Source: a bacterium (lineage in GTDB: Bacteria > J088 > JAWLBW01). Taken from it: a stretch of 64,000 nucleotides of DNA. The notes under the pieces are model-generated. The model searched no databases and was not told where the DNA came from. It saw only the letters and a program-made list of their open reading frames with translations. Positions 8,890 to 18,618 of the stretch are shown piece after piece (the stretch's first letter is position 1; the number at the start of each line of letters is the position of its first letter). The stretch is from NCBI GenBank assembly GCA_041690355.1, contig JAWLHK010000020.1:1-64000 (forward strand). The letters are read 5' to 3'. The position numbers were made by a program, and so were the translations under genes.

Positions 8890-9088
8890 CGTCACTCGTC
8901 ACTCCGGAAAAGCGCCAAGCGCCGAGCACTGAGCGCCAATCAACAAGGCCGTGGTGATCTTCGTCCTTGCCGTAAACTCGTCACTCGTCACGGGGAAAGC
9001 GCCAAGCGCCGAGCACTGAGCGCCAATCAACAAGGCCGTGGCGATCTTCGTCCTTGCCGTAAACTCGTAACTCGTCACTCGTCACTCA
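8890..9088. repeat. ~87-bp tandem duplication with nested CTCGTCA and AGCGCCR heptamers
   Basis: 8909..8981 equals 8996..9068 with 1 mismatch; interspersed CTCGTCA units run up to the methyltransferase stop. Confidence 0.92.
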
Positions 9089-10078
9089 TGTTTTCATCGT
9101 CGTCGAGGGTTCTGCCTCGATCGGCAGCGTGAGCACGCGCGGGGGCGGCGGCCGGCCCATGCGGATGCGCACGGCCGGCGGCGAGGCACGGTGGTAGACG
9201 ATCGTCTCGCGATCCAGTTCTGCCCGCAGGACCCGCAGGACTTCGGCGGCCGACGTCAGCGTAGGTGCGCGCAGGAGAAGCAGATCGGCGAGCATGTTGT
9301 GGGCCAGGCGGCGCTGGCGCTCTTCGGCGTCGGACCGGCGCGGACCCGGATAGCGCATGGTGTGGAATCCGCGGAGCCACGCTTCGATCGCCGGCAGCGA
9401 GAACCGGCCGGCGAGGCGGCGCATCCAGCGCACCGGCCGGCGATCGGGAAGCTCGCCGAGCGGAAAGGCGATCGCGATGTCGCCGCCGACGCGCACGACG
9501 CGGCGGGCCTCGTCGAAAACCCCTTGGGGATCGGCCGTCGTCGCGAGCGTACCCACGAGCAGCAGCGCGTCGGCCCAGCCGGTGGCCAGGGGGAGGCGCC
9601 GCGGATTCGCCTGCGCGTAGCGCACGCCGGGCAGGTCGCCGAGAAGATCGCGGCAGATCTCAATGCGCTCGTCGGGTTCGAACAGGACCAGTTCGCGCGT
9701 GTAGCGGGCCAGCCACTCGGCGTGCCGGCCGCCGAGCGCGCCCAGGATGACGACCCGCTGCCCGGCAAGCTGCTCGGGCAGCCACCCGGTCAAACGGCGC
9801 AGCTCTTCGCGCGCGATGCGGGTGCCGCGGTAGGAGTCGAGCAGGTAGAGGCCGTAGCGCCGCAGCGGCCCGGCATCGAGGCCGGGCGGCGGGGCCTGGA
9901 AGCGCAGAATGCCGCCGCGGCGCGGGATGAAGTGGCCGCGCTCGCAGGCGGCGCCCCGCTCGCCCGAGGCGCGCGAGACGGCCTCGTGCAGGTTGGCGTG
10001 GCAGTGCGGGCAGAGAAAGATCTGCGTGTCGTCGCTGCGATGGATGTGGCGGATGCGGTCGGTCATGGGCGATTCCAC
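9086..10078 (-). CDS. Class I SAM-methyltransferase-like protein with N-terminal Zn-ribbon (Trm112-like)
   Basis: CPHC...CERGH..P...GILRF N-terminus; degenerate SAM motif ILGALGGR; LPL...D and RRVVRVGG. Confidence 0.7.
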   Translation of the reverse strand: MESPMTDRIRHIHRSDDTQIFLCPHCHANLHEAVSRASGERGAACERGHFIPRRGGILRFQAPPPGLDAGPLRRYGLYLLDSYRGTRIAREELRRLTGWLPEQLAGQRVVILGALGGRHAEWLARYTRELVLFEPDERIEICRDLLGDLPGVRYAQANPRRLPLATGWADALLLVGTLATTADPQGVFDEARRVVRVGGDIAIAFPLGELPDRRPVRWMRRLAGRFSLPAIEAWLRGFHTMRYPGPRRSDAEERQRRLAHNMLADLLLLRAPTLTSAAEVLRVLRAELDRETIVYHRASPPAVRIRMGRPPPPRVLTLPIEAEPSTTMKT

Positions 10079-10132
10079 TGACCATCACAGGGCAGGCCGC
10101 CTGCAATGTCAATGGGGTTCGCCGCGGTTCGC

Positions 10133-10927
10133 TCAGCTCGCGATCTTGAGGCCGCTCTCGTAGCCCAGGCGCCGCGAGAGCTGCTCGGCCGTCTGCAGAA
10201 GGAGCGGTATCAGGTCGCGCCGCATGCGTTCGTCCTGCAGGCGATAGGCCGGACCGGTCAGTTCGATGGCGGCGACGACGCGGCGGGTGTAGTCGCGCAC
10301 CGGCACGGCCACGCCGCGCACGTCGGCTTCGAATTCCTCATGGTCCAGGGCATACCCCTGCGACTCGACGCGCGAGAGCGCCTTGCGCAGCGCTTCGCCG
10401 TCGACGATCGTGTTCGGCGTGCGGGCCTCGAGGGTCTCGCCGAGATGGCGTTGCAGCTCTTCGTCGCTCAGCGGCGCGAGCAGCATCTTGCCCAGGGCCG
10501 TGGCGTGCGCCGGGGGGCACTGGCCCGTACGGCTGACGACGCGCACGCTCTGGGTCGACTCGAGCGTGTCGAGGTAGACCGTCGTGCCGTTCTTGAGCAC
10601 CCCGATGGCCACCGTCTCGCCGCAGGCGGAACGGAGCGTTTCAAGCGCCGGGCGGGCCTGCTGCATGATCCCCGAATGCCGCAGATAGGTCTGTCCGAGC
10701 TGCAGGGCCTTGACCCCGAGCCGGTAATTCTCGGTCGCCTTGTTCTGCTCGATGTACCCCTTGGTCTCCAGGGTCGCCAGCAGGCGGAAGACGTTGTTCT
10801 TGTGCAGGTTCAGGCGGTGGCTGAGTTCGGTCACGCCCAGCTCGTCGTCGGCCCCCTTGAACTCTTCGAGCAGGCTGAGGCTGTGCACGACGGACTGGAT
10901 CAGATAATTGGCTTTGGCTCTTTTCAC
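10133..10927 (-). CDS. IclR family transcriptional regulator
   Basis: IQSV..SL.LLE, LGVTELS..L.LHKNNVFRLLATL HTH, HATALGK, GYALD.EE; GTG start after GGAGG (ATG 10939 alternative). Confidence 0.92.
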   Translation of the reverse strand: MKRAKANYLIQSVVHSLSLLEEFKGADDELGVTELSHRLNLHKNNVFRLLATLETKGYIEQNKATENYRLGVKALQLGQTYLRHSGIMQQARPALETLRSACGETVAIGVLKNGTTVYLDTLESTQSVRVVSRTGQCPPAHATALGKMLLAPLSDEELQRHLGETLEARTPNTIVDGEALRKALSRVESQGYALDHEEFEADVRGVAVPVRDYTRRVVAAIELTGPAYRLQDERMRRDLIPLLLQTAEQLSRRLGYESGLKIAS

Positions 10928-10987
10928 GCGTTCCTCCATGCAGGCAGCGGTGCTCTCCCCCCAGCGGCCGTCCTGTCTATAACCCTG

Positions 10988-11016
10988 TTTATAACACGAT
11001 GCGTCATGCGCGTCAA
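10988..11016 (-). promoter_or_regulatory. Sigma70-type promoter for the IclR gene
   Basis: Minus strand TTGACG-17 bp-TATAAA with extended TG. Confidence 0.7.
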
Positions 11017-11282
11017 GACGTCTCTGTCCCTCGAGCGGTCTGCGGTCTGTGTGACAAGGTGCGTCAGAGGAAACATGTGTTACATCCAGCGTTTGCCATC
11101 CGGGACGTCCCCATTGTAAGGCTGCGTCATCGCGCCGTGAAGGCCTGCCGGGGCGCCACACGGGGCGCACGAGGTCACGGGGCAGAGTTCCTCCGGGGGG
11201 CGTCGGAGTAGAACCGTGTTACATCAGGGACCGAGGCTGGGGTAACCTACTGTTTCGGTTGCGAATTTCCGGCCGACCCGCT

Positions 11283-12089
11283 ATGCTGGCCTGTATTGGG
11301 GAGTTTCAGGCCTTGTCGATTGACGAACATACGCGTGAATCTGTCCTGGCTGCCGTCCAGGCGGGTGAAGCGCTCGAAAATCAGAAGCTCAAGGGGATCG
11401 ATCTCTCGGGTGCCGACCTGCAGAACGCGCGTTTTGCCGGAACGCACTTCCGCTACTCCGATCTCTCGCGGGCGAATCTGCGCGGGGCCGATCTGCGCGG
11501 CGCGAACCTGCGCCACGTCAATCTGAAAGGGGCCGACCTGTCGGGCGCCGACCTGCGCGAGGCCGACCTGAACCATGCCGACATCAGCGGGGCCGTGCTC
11601 ACGGGCGCGAACACCCGGGGCATGAAGGCCGGCGGCACGCGGGGACTCTCTACGCGCGTGTTCTTTACCCAGGCGGTCGTCGACCGGATTCTCGGCAAGG
11701 GGCACGGTGCGCTCGACGGCGAGGTGCTCGACATCGCGGCGCGCAAGGAGCGTTGGAGACTCGTGTCGGCCGTCCGCTTCATCGGGATTGAAGCCGGCGA
11801 CGACGTGCGCGGCATCCTGCACCGGGTGCTCACCGAAGAGGCCCTGCGCGAACAGGGGATCGATCTGTTGCGCTCGACGGCCGTCGACGAGAAGCATGAA
11901 GCCGTCTACATCGTCGAGGCCGGCTTTCTCGGCGAACCGCTCCACGCGACAGAGCCCGCGGCCGCCGACGGCTCGGGGGCGCCCGCTTCCGACGCGACCC
12001 CCGCCCCCGCGTTCGAAGGGGTGGAACAGAAGAAGTCGGATCAGGAGCTGATCAACGACTTTCTGCTGCGCCGGCTCACCTCTTCCTGA
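11283..12089 (+). CDS. Pentapeptide-repeat protein with uncharacterised C-terminal domain
   Basis: Multiple A(D/N)LxG repeats; start uncertain. Confidence 0.8.
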   Translation: MLACIGEFQALSIDEHTRESVLAAVQAGEALENQKLKGIDLSGADLQNARFAGTHFRYSDLSRANLRGADLRGANLRHVNLKGADLSGADLREADLNHADISGAVLTGANTRGMKAGGTRGLSTRVFFTQAVVDRILGKGHGALDGEVLDIAARKERWRLVSAVRFIGIEAGDDVRGILHRVLTEEALREQGIDLLRSTAVDEKHEAVYIVEAGFLGEPLHATEPAAADGSGAPASDATPAPAFEGVEQKKSDQELINDFLLRRLTSS

Positions 12090-12097
12090 GCGCTCCC

Positions 12098-12838
12098 GTG
12101 CGGCTTGCACTCCTGACAGACGTCCACAGTAATACCGAAGCGCTCGGCGCCGTGCTCGCCGATGTGCGCAAGCGCAACGTCGACGCCCTCATTCACCTGG
12201 GCGACGTCGTCGGTTACGGGGCCGAGCCGAACGAGTGCTGCGCCATTCTGCGGCGCGAAGCCCAGCTGTCGCTGCTGGGGAACCATGATGCCGTCGTCGT
12301 CGGCCGCATGGACAAGTCCTGGTTCGCCAGCCATGCCCGCGTCGCCGCCGAGTGGACGAGCGGCCTTCTCCTGCCCGAGCACGGCGAGTGGCTCGCCCGC
12401 GCCCCGTATACGTACCGGGAACGCGACTACCTCTTTTCGCACGGCTCGCCGGTCGCGCCCGAACAGTTCCGCTACGTGCTCAGCCGCGGCGAAGCCGAAG
12501 ACATCTTCGCCTGGTCGCGCGGGGCCGGGGTGCGGGTCGTCTTCGTGGGGCACGCGCATCAGTGCTTCGCCTTTCACGACGGAGCGGCCGAGGTCGTCGA
12601 GGTCGACGGCATCGAGCACACCGAACTCGACGTGAGCGCGGGGCGCTGGGTCATCAACGTGGGGAGCGTGGGGCAACCGCGCGACGGCGATCCGCGCGCC
12701 TGCTACGGCGTCGTCGATCTGGACGCCGGGCGCTACGAAGCCTACCGCATTCCTTATGATGTCGAAGCCGCCGCCGCCAAGATCCGGGCGGCCGGTCTCC
12801 CCGAAGTCCTCAGCGCCCGGCTCGCGCTGGGCCGGTAG
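12098..12838 (+). CDS. Metallophosphoesterase family protein
   Basis: DVHSN, LGDVVGYG, GNHD, HGSP, GHAH and NVGSVGQPRD motifs. Confidence 0.92.
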   Translation: MRLALLTDVHSNTEALGAVLADVRKRNVDALIHLGDVVGYGAEPNECCAILRREAQLSLLGNHDAVVVGRMDKSWFASHARVAAEWTSGLLLPEHGEWLARAPYTYRERDYLFSHGSPVAPEQFRYVLSRGEAEDIFAWSRGAGVRVVFVGHAHQCFAFHDGAAEVVEVDGIEHTELDVSAGRWVINVGSVGQPRDGDPRACYGVVDLDAGRYEAYRIPYDVEAAAAKIRAAGLPEVLSARLALGR

Positions 12839-12916
12839 GTACCGGGTCGTCAGGGCGACCCCTTTGACGGGGATCACTGACATGTGTTACAGTAGCGAGC
12901 ATTCTGGGAGAAGAAG

Positions 12917-13240
12917 ATGACCAGGTTTCCGATGTTCAAAGTGGGTCTTCTCGCCGTTGCCGTGTCGGTCTCGTTCGGCGCCCCTGCGGCCGTCGAGGCG
13001 CAGGATGCGCCGGCCATGCCGCCGGCCGCTGAGCCGGCCGCTCCGTCGGCCCCGGCCGCACCGGTCGCACGCGGAACGACGACCGACATTCTGCGCGCCG
13101 AGCGGGGCGAACCCGTCGACCGAAAGGTCACCGAAGAAAGTATCTACGGGCCCGGCGTCGAGAAGTGGACGTATTCCGGCGGAGTCATCGTCGTCGTTCA
13201 GGAAGGCATCGTGATCGACTCCTTCGTCGACCAGCAGTAA
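12917..13240 (+). CDS. Small secreted hypothetical protein
   Basis: Signal peptide (..AVEA/QD), Pro/Ala linker, RGEP...EKWTY motif; upstream TTGACG..TACAGT promoter-like element. Confidence 0.7.
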   Translation: MTRFPMFKVGLLAVAVSVSFGAPAAVEAQDAPAMPPAAEPAAPSAPAAPVARGTTTDILRAERGEPVDRKVTEESIYGPGVEKWTYSGGVIVVVQEGIVIDSFVDQQ

Positions 13241-13286
13241 TCGTCTCGCATCGTTTGTATTTCCACTCATTGGTTAGGTGACGTCG

Positions 13287-13529
13287 ATGAACAAACTCCT
13301 TTCCGTCCCCGACGCGAACCGCGGCGATCAGAACGCCGACGAAGAACTCTACTCGAAGCAGTTCCAGGTCGAGAACAAGATGTTCTATGTCGACCTGAAG
13401 GCGAACGGCAACGGAATGTATCTGAAGATCAGCGAAAAGAGCGGCGGGCGGCGTCACAACGTCTTTCTGCCTGCTCCGGGGCTCCTCGAGCTTCGTGACG
13501 CGATCGAAGAAGCGCTCAAGCGCATGTGA
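13287..13529 (+). CDS. PUR-family (PurA-like) ssDNA/RNA-binding protein
   Basis: LYSK...ENKMFYVDLKAN.NG.YLKISE.SGGRR..VFLP pattern. Confidence 0.8.
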   Translation: MNKLLSVPDANRGDQNADEELYSKQFQVENKMFYVDLKANGNGMYLKISEKSGGRRHNVFLPAPGLLELRDAIEEALKRM

Positions 13530-13553
13530 CCTTGCGGCGTCATCCGGTTCTGC

Positions 13554-13580
13554 AGACTCCCTCCGGGGAGTCTTTTTTTT
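13554..13580 (+). terminator. Rho-independent terminator
   Basis: agactccc-tcc-ggggagtct hairpin followed by a T run. Confidence 0.8.
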
Positions 13581-13593
13581 CGTGGGGATTGCC

Positions 13594-14721
13594 ATGACCG
13601 ACTCCGTCGAGACCGTCGACGTCAGCCTGCGCAAAGCGGTCGACGACAGCTACCGAATCACCGTCGGCCCCGCGCTGCTCGAGCGCGCCGCCGGTCTGCT
13701 TCAGGACCGGAAGCTGCCGAAGCGCGTGGCCATCGTCAGCGACACCGGCGTCTATCCGCTCTACGGGCAGACGCTGCGGCGGGCCCTCGAAGCGGGCGGG
13801 TACGAAGTTGCCGCCGAAGCCGTCTTCGAAGCGGGCGAAGCGAGCAAGACGCGCACGACCAAGGCGTGGATCGAGGATCGCCTGCTCGACGCCCGGCTGG
13901 GGCGCGACGCCTGGATCGCCGCGCTCGGCGGCGGCGTCGTCGGCGACATGGCCGGATTCGTCGCCGCGACCTATCTGCGCGGCATCCCCTTCGTCCAGTT
14001 CCCCACGACCCTGCTGGCCATGGTCGACAGCTCGGTCGGCGGCAAGACGGGTCTCGATACGCCCCACGGCAAGAACCTGGTCGGCGCGTTCTGGCAGCCC
14101 CGGGCGGTCATCGCCGACGTGGGTCTTCTCGGGAGCCTGCCGGCGGATCAGTTTCTCGCCGGCCTGGCAGAGTCGGTGAAGCACGCCGTCATCGCCGACG
14201 CCGAACTCTTCGCCTTCATGCGCGTCGAGTGGGAGCGCATTCTCGCCCGCGATCCGGGCGTGCTCCAGGTGCTCGTCGCCAGAAACTGCGCCATCAAGGC
14301 GCGCGTCGTCGAGCAGGATGAGCGCGAAGGTGATCTGCGCAAGATTCTCAACTACGGTCACACGCTCGGCCATGCGGTCGAGACGGCGGCGGACTATGCG
14401 GAGCTGCACGGCATGTGCGTCGCCCTCGGCATGATCTACGAGGGGCGCCTCGCCGAGCGCCTCGGGCTGTGGTCTTCGGGGGAACGGCAGGAGGTCGAAG
14501 CCTTTCTGCGCCAGGCCGGTTATCCGGCGGTCGACACCCTGGCTGCCGACAGCGAGATCCTGATCCGCCTCACGCAGGCCGACAAGAAGGCGCGCGAAGG
14601 CAAGGTCGAATACGTGCTGCCGCAGCGCCTCGGCGCCATGCACCGGGGCGAGCGCGGCTACGGCGTGCGCGTCGACGACGCCGAGGTGCTGGCCGTGCTG
14701 CGCGAGATACGCGGCCGCTGA
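13594..14721 (+). CDS. aroB: 3-dehydroquinate synthase
   Basis: GEASK, GGGVVGDMAGF, PTTLLAMVDSSVGGKTG, KNLVGAF and LNYGHTLGHA motifs. Confidence 0.95.
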   Translation: MTDSVETVDVSLRKAVDDSYRITVGPALLERAAGLLQDRKLPKRVAIVSDTGVYPLYGQTLRRALEAGGYEVAAEAVFEAGEASKTRTTKAWIEDRLLDARLGRDAWIAALGGGVVGDMAGFVAATYLRGIPFVQFPTTLLAMVDSSVGGKTGLDTPHGKNLVGAFWQPRAVIADVGLLGSLPADQFLAGLAESVKHAVIADAELFAFMRVEWERILARDPGVLQVLVARNCAIKARVVEQDEREGDLRKILNYGHTLGHAVETAADYAELHGMCVALGMIYEGRLAERLGLWSSGERQEVEAFLRQAGYPAVDTLAADSEILIRLTQADKKAREGKVEYVLPQRLGAMHRGERGYGVRVDDAEVLAVLREIRGR

Positions 14722-14798
14722 TCCGGTTGCCGCCCCCCGGTGCGGTTTGCTATGGTATTCCACCCCGGCATTCTTCTGCGGCCGGAGAGGGAGGACCC

Positions 14799-16775
14799 GT
14801 GGAATACCTGGTTACCGGCGCGACCGGCTTCATCGGCAAGCACCTTCTCGATCAGCTCGTGCGGCGCGAGGGGCGCATTCACGTGCTCGTGCGCCCCGCC
14901 TCGCACGAGAAGTTTCTGCGCCTGGCAGCTGAGCGCTGGGGCAGGGACGCGCAGCGCATCGCCCTCGTCAACGGCGACATCACGCTCCCGGGCTGCGGCG
15001 TCGCCGACGAAGACCTCAAGACGCTCGCCGGTGTCGGCCACATCTTTCATCTCGCCGCCGTCTACGACATGCAGGCCGATATGGAGACGTCGCGCCGGGC
15101 GAACGTCGACGGCTCGCGGCACGTCGTCGAACTGGCCAACCGGCTCGGCGGCGCGACGCTGCATTACGTGAGCTCCATCGCCGCGGCCGGCCGCTACCGG
15201 GGCGTGTTCCGCGAAGACATGTTCGACGAGGCCGAAGATCTCGCGCACCCCTACTTCGCCACCAAGCACGAGGGCGAAGGGGTGGCGCGCCGCGAATGCC
15301 GCGTGCCGCTGCGCATCTACCGCCCCGGCATCGTCATCGGTTCGTCGGTCACCGGCGAGGCCGACAAGATCGACGGACCCTACTACGCCTTCAAGATCAT
15401 CCAGAAGCTTCGCGGCGCGCTCCCCCCGTGGATGCCGCTTATCGGCATCGAAGGGGCCCGGCTGCAGATCGTGCCGGTCGATTTCGTGGCGCGCGCGCTC
15501 GATCACATCGCCCATCAGCCCGGGCTCGACGGGCGCTGTTTTCACCTCGTCGATCCGAAACCGCTTTCGCTCGGCGACACCTTGAACGTCTTCTGCCGCG
15601 CGGCGCATGCGCCGCGCGGCACCGCCCGCCTCGACAACCGCGGGCTCGACCTCTTCCCGCGCGGGCTTCTGCAGATGGCCGGTCGCGTGCCCGTCGTGCG
15701 CGGGATCCGGCGCGACATGCTCGACTTCTGGGGCATTCCCGAGAGCGTGCTCGAATTCGCCGACTGGCGCACGAAGTTCGACGCCCGCGAAGCCGAGGCG
15801 GCCCTGGCGGGGAGCGGCATTGCGTGTCCCCCGCTCAAGGACTACGCGTGGAAGATCTGGGACTACTGGGAGCGCCGCATGGATCCCGATCTGTTCCGCG
15901 AGCAGACGCTCGAGTCGGTGCTGCGCGGGCGAATCGTCGTCGTGACGGGTGCCAGCAGCGGTATCGGCGAAGAGCTCGCGCGCCGGGTCGCCGCCGCGGG
16001 CGCCACCCCGATTCTCGTCGCCCGCACGGCCGAGAAGCTGGCCGCCGTGCAGGCCGATATCGCCGCGGCGGGGGGCAAGGCGCTCGTCTATCCGTGCGAC
16101 CTCAGCGATGCCGAGGCCACGCGGGCGGTGGCCGAGAAGATTCTGGCCGAACAGGGGCGGGTCGACTACCTGATCAACAACGCGGGGCGGTCGATCCGCC
16201 GATCGATCGGCGAGTCGTACGACCGCTTTCACGACTTCGAGCGCACGATGCAGCTGAATTACTTCGGCTCGCTGCGTCTCATCCTCGGCTTTCTGCCGTC
16301 CATGCGCGAGCGCCGCTTCGGCCACATCATCAACATCTCGAGCATCGGCGTGCAGACCAACGCGCCGCGGTTCTCGGCTTACGTGGCCAGCAAGGCGGCG
16401 CTCGACAGCTTCAGCCGCAGCATCGCCAGCGAGGTGGTCAACGATCACGTGCACATCACGACCGTCTACATGCCGCTCGTGCGCACGCCGATGATTGCGC
16501 CGACGCGCATCTATGATTACTTTCCGGCCATCTCGCCGGCGCAGGCGGCCGACATGGTGCTCACGTCGGTGCTCACGCGGCAGAAGCGGGTGGCGACCCG
16601 GCTCGGCACCTTCGGCGAGGTCACCTACGCGGTCGCGCCGCGGGTGGTCGATTACGTGCTGGGATTCGGCTACCGGCTGTTTCCCGAGAGCACGCGCAAC
16701 GGAAAGGCCGAGGGGCGCCCGCTGCCGGCCGAGAGCGTCGCCTTTGCGCACCTGCTCAAGGGAATTCACTGGTAG
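14799..16775 (+). CDS. Two-domain fatty acyl-CoA reductase-like SDR
   Basis: N-terminal TGATGFIG/HLAA/Y.ATK reductase domain plus C-terminal SDR (TGASSGIG, NNAGRSIRR, YVASK); GTG start after GAGG. Confidence 0.85.
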   Translation: MEYLVTGATGFIGKHLLDQLVRREGRIHVLVRPASHEKFLRLAAERWGRDAQRIALVNGDITLPGCGVADEDLKTLAGVGHIFHLAAVYDMQADMETSRRANVDGSRHVVELANRLGGATLHYVSSIAAAGRYRGVFREDMFDEAEDLAHPYFATKHEGEGVARRECRVPLRIYRPGIVIGSSVTGEADKIDGPYYAFKIIQKLRGALPPWMPLIGIEGARLQIVPVDFVARALDHIAHQPGLDGRCFHLVDPKPLSLGDTLNVFCRAAHAPRGTARLDNRGLDLFPRGLLQMAGRVPVVRGIRRDMLDFWGIPESVLEFADWRTKFDAREAEAALAGSGIACPPLKDYAWKIWDYWERRMDPDLFREQTLESVLRGRIVVVTGASSGIGEELARRVAAAGATPILVARTAEKLAAVQADIAAAGGKALVYPCDLSDAEATRAVAEKILAEQGRVDYLINNAGRSIRRSIGESYDRFHDFERTMQLNYFGSLRLILGFLPSMRERRFGHIINISSIGVQTNAPRFSAYVASKAALDSFSRSIASEVVNDHVHITTVYMPLVRTPMIAPTRIYDYFPAISPAQAADMVLTSVLTRQKRVATRLGTFGEVTYAVAPRVVDYVLGFGYRLFPESTRNGKAEGRPLPAESVAFAHLLKGIHW

Positions 16776-16889
16776 CGTGCGGTCGGGCGGGCGGGGGTGA
16801 ACCCTCCCGCCGTCTGGTCTCTCGGGGGCGGCCGCTTTCGGATTGCCGGGCAGACTGATAAACTGACCCTCTTTCAGGCCCCGGGTTCC

Positions 16890-18548
16890 ATGCGCCAGTT
16901 GTTTTCGCTCTTTCTGCTCCCACTGCTTCTCGCGGCACCGGTCGCCGCGTCGGCCTCTGCCTTCGCCGCCGCTGCGCCCGAGGACGGCCCTCCCGCCGCC
17001 GACGCCGCGATGCCGAAGGTACCGGCCGCCGCCGAGACTCCCCCCGCGGCGATTCCCGCAGAAACTCCCGCGGAGACTCCCAAGGACGCTGCCAAGGAGC
17101 TCGGCAAGGATGCCAGCGTCGCTACCTACGAGCGCAAGAGCATCAGCTACCTGCGCACGGTGCGGCGCGCGAAGGTGCCCGACGAGTTCTACGCCGGCGT
17201 CGTGCGCGCCGTGCGCGAAAGCGTCGAACTGCCGCGCTTCGATTACAACGACATCAGCCACCTCGAGGCCCTGACGCCGCAGGAGGCCGCCGCGGCCGTG
17301 CGCGAGTACCTCGACGCCGTCAAGGTCGAGCGCGCCCGGGAGCAGGGCGAGTACGACCTGCGGTTCAAGGACGTCGTGATCACCGGCGCCGACCTGCGCC
17401 GCATCGCCGATTCGGCCTATCTCTACCAGCCGTCGGTCGATCGCTTCTCGCTGCAACGCAAGCGCATCGTGCAGTACGTGAACGGGAAACAGGTGGTCAG
17501 CCTGCGCTGGGTCGCCGCCGTGTCGGTTTCGGTGCGCTTCTACCGGGTCGATTTTGCCCGGGGCCGCGCCGTCGAGTTCAAGGTGCTGCGCGCATCGGGT
17601 GACGGTTCGGCGGGGGTCGGCTACGGTATCAGCCACAATCAGGCCCGGCGCGAAGCCGTGGCCGGCGCCCTCGGCTCGATAGCCACCGTCCTGCGCCGCG
17701 ACGTGCGCGCCGTCGAAGAGTTCAAGCTGCTGACCCCCGTCAGCGCGGCCGGATTCAACGGCGTCACGTTTGCGCTCACGCGCCGCGAGGGGCTCGCGCT
17801 CGATCAGGGCTTCTGGGTCTACGACTATTTCACCGACGGCCGCCGCCAGAAAGCCGGCTACGTCAAGGTGCGCCGGGTAGGCGACGGCGAGAAGCGTCTC
17901 GACTCCGACGCCGAGAACATCGCCGTCAGCAACGGCTGGCGGCTCGAAGAGGGGCAGCTGCTCGAAGAGAATCCCCAGATCGGCGTCACCCTGCTGGTCG
18001 ACGGCGGCGTGCAGCGCTACCGCCTGCAGGACGCGCCGGCCCTGGGGGTCGGCGACGCGACGACGGGCATCAAGGCCCGCATCGAGGCCGGCTACAGCCT
18101 GGCCCAGGCGACCCGCGTCTCGGAACTCTACGGCACCCTGGGGCTGCACTTTCTGGCCGGGGGCGGGTTCACGGAAGTCGGCGGCGAACTGGGCCTCGAC
18201 AAGCGGCTCTACTTCCGCCGTCTCGTGCTCGTGCCGGGCGCCCGTCTCGGCTACCTGAAGTCCTATTTCGACTTTCCCGGCGCCACGGCCCCCGAAATCG
18301 ATCCGTGGGCGACCTATACGGCGAGCAGCTTCGGCGTGACGCCGCGCCTCGGGGTCGAGTTCTTTCTGTCTCCCGCGTTCTCCATCGGAGCGCGCGCGGG
18401 GTATCGCGCCTATACGACGCAGACGCAGTTCGAGCTGTCTTCGGATGACGAGGAGAGCGACACGGCGCCGCTCGATCTGGGCGCCTACGGTTTCCAATAC
18501 GATCCCTCGGGCCTCGAACTCTACGGCGGTATCGCCGTGAGCTTCTGA
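16890..18548 (+). CDS. Exported protein with probable C-terminal beta-barrel
   Basis: Signal peptide, Pro-rich linker, alternating beta-strand pattern, C-terminal ...GIAVSF. Confidence 0.7.
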   Translation: MRQLFSLFLLPLLLAAPVAASASAFAAAAPEDGPPAADAAMPKVPAAAETPPAAIPAETPAETPKDAAKELGKDASVATYERKSISYLRTVRRAKVPDEFYAGVVRAVRESVELPRFDYNDISHLEALTPQEAAAAVREYLDAVKVERAREQGEYDLRFKDVVITGADLRRIADSAYLYQPSVDRFSLQRKRIVQYVNGKQVVSLRWVAAVSVSVRFYRVDFARGRAVEFKVLRASGDGSAGVGYGISHNQARREAVAGALGSIATVLRRDVRAVEEFKLLTPVSAAGFNGVTFALTRREGLALDQGFWVYDYFTDGRRQKAGYVKVRRVGDGEKRLDSDAENIAVSNGWRLEEGQLLEENPQIGVTLLVDGGVQRYRLQDAPALGVGDATTGIKARIEAGYSLAQATRVSELYGTLGLHFLAGGGFTEVGGELGLDKRLYFRRLVLVPGARLGYLKSYFDFPGATAPEIDPWATYTASSFGVTPRLGVEFFLSPAFSIGARAGYRAYTTQTQFELSSDDEESDTAPLDLGAYGFQYDPSGLELYGGIAVSF

Positions 18549-18618
18549 GGGCCGGGATTTTTCTTTTTCAACCCGGTACGAGCGGGTACAATATCCAATT
18601 ACCCGCGTGGAGTGGACG

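Noticed and set aside
8890-9088. Possible CRISPR array
   Set aside because: Only two units, no unique spacers, and no cas genes in the window.
11073-12891. Repeated GTGTTACA motif (11077, 11216, 12884) as an IclR operator
   Set aside because: Not palindromic. At 12884 it coincides with an extended -10 (TGn-TACAGT) downstream of TTGACG, so a promoter element is the simpler explanation.
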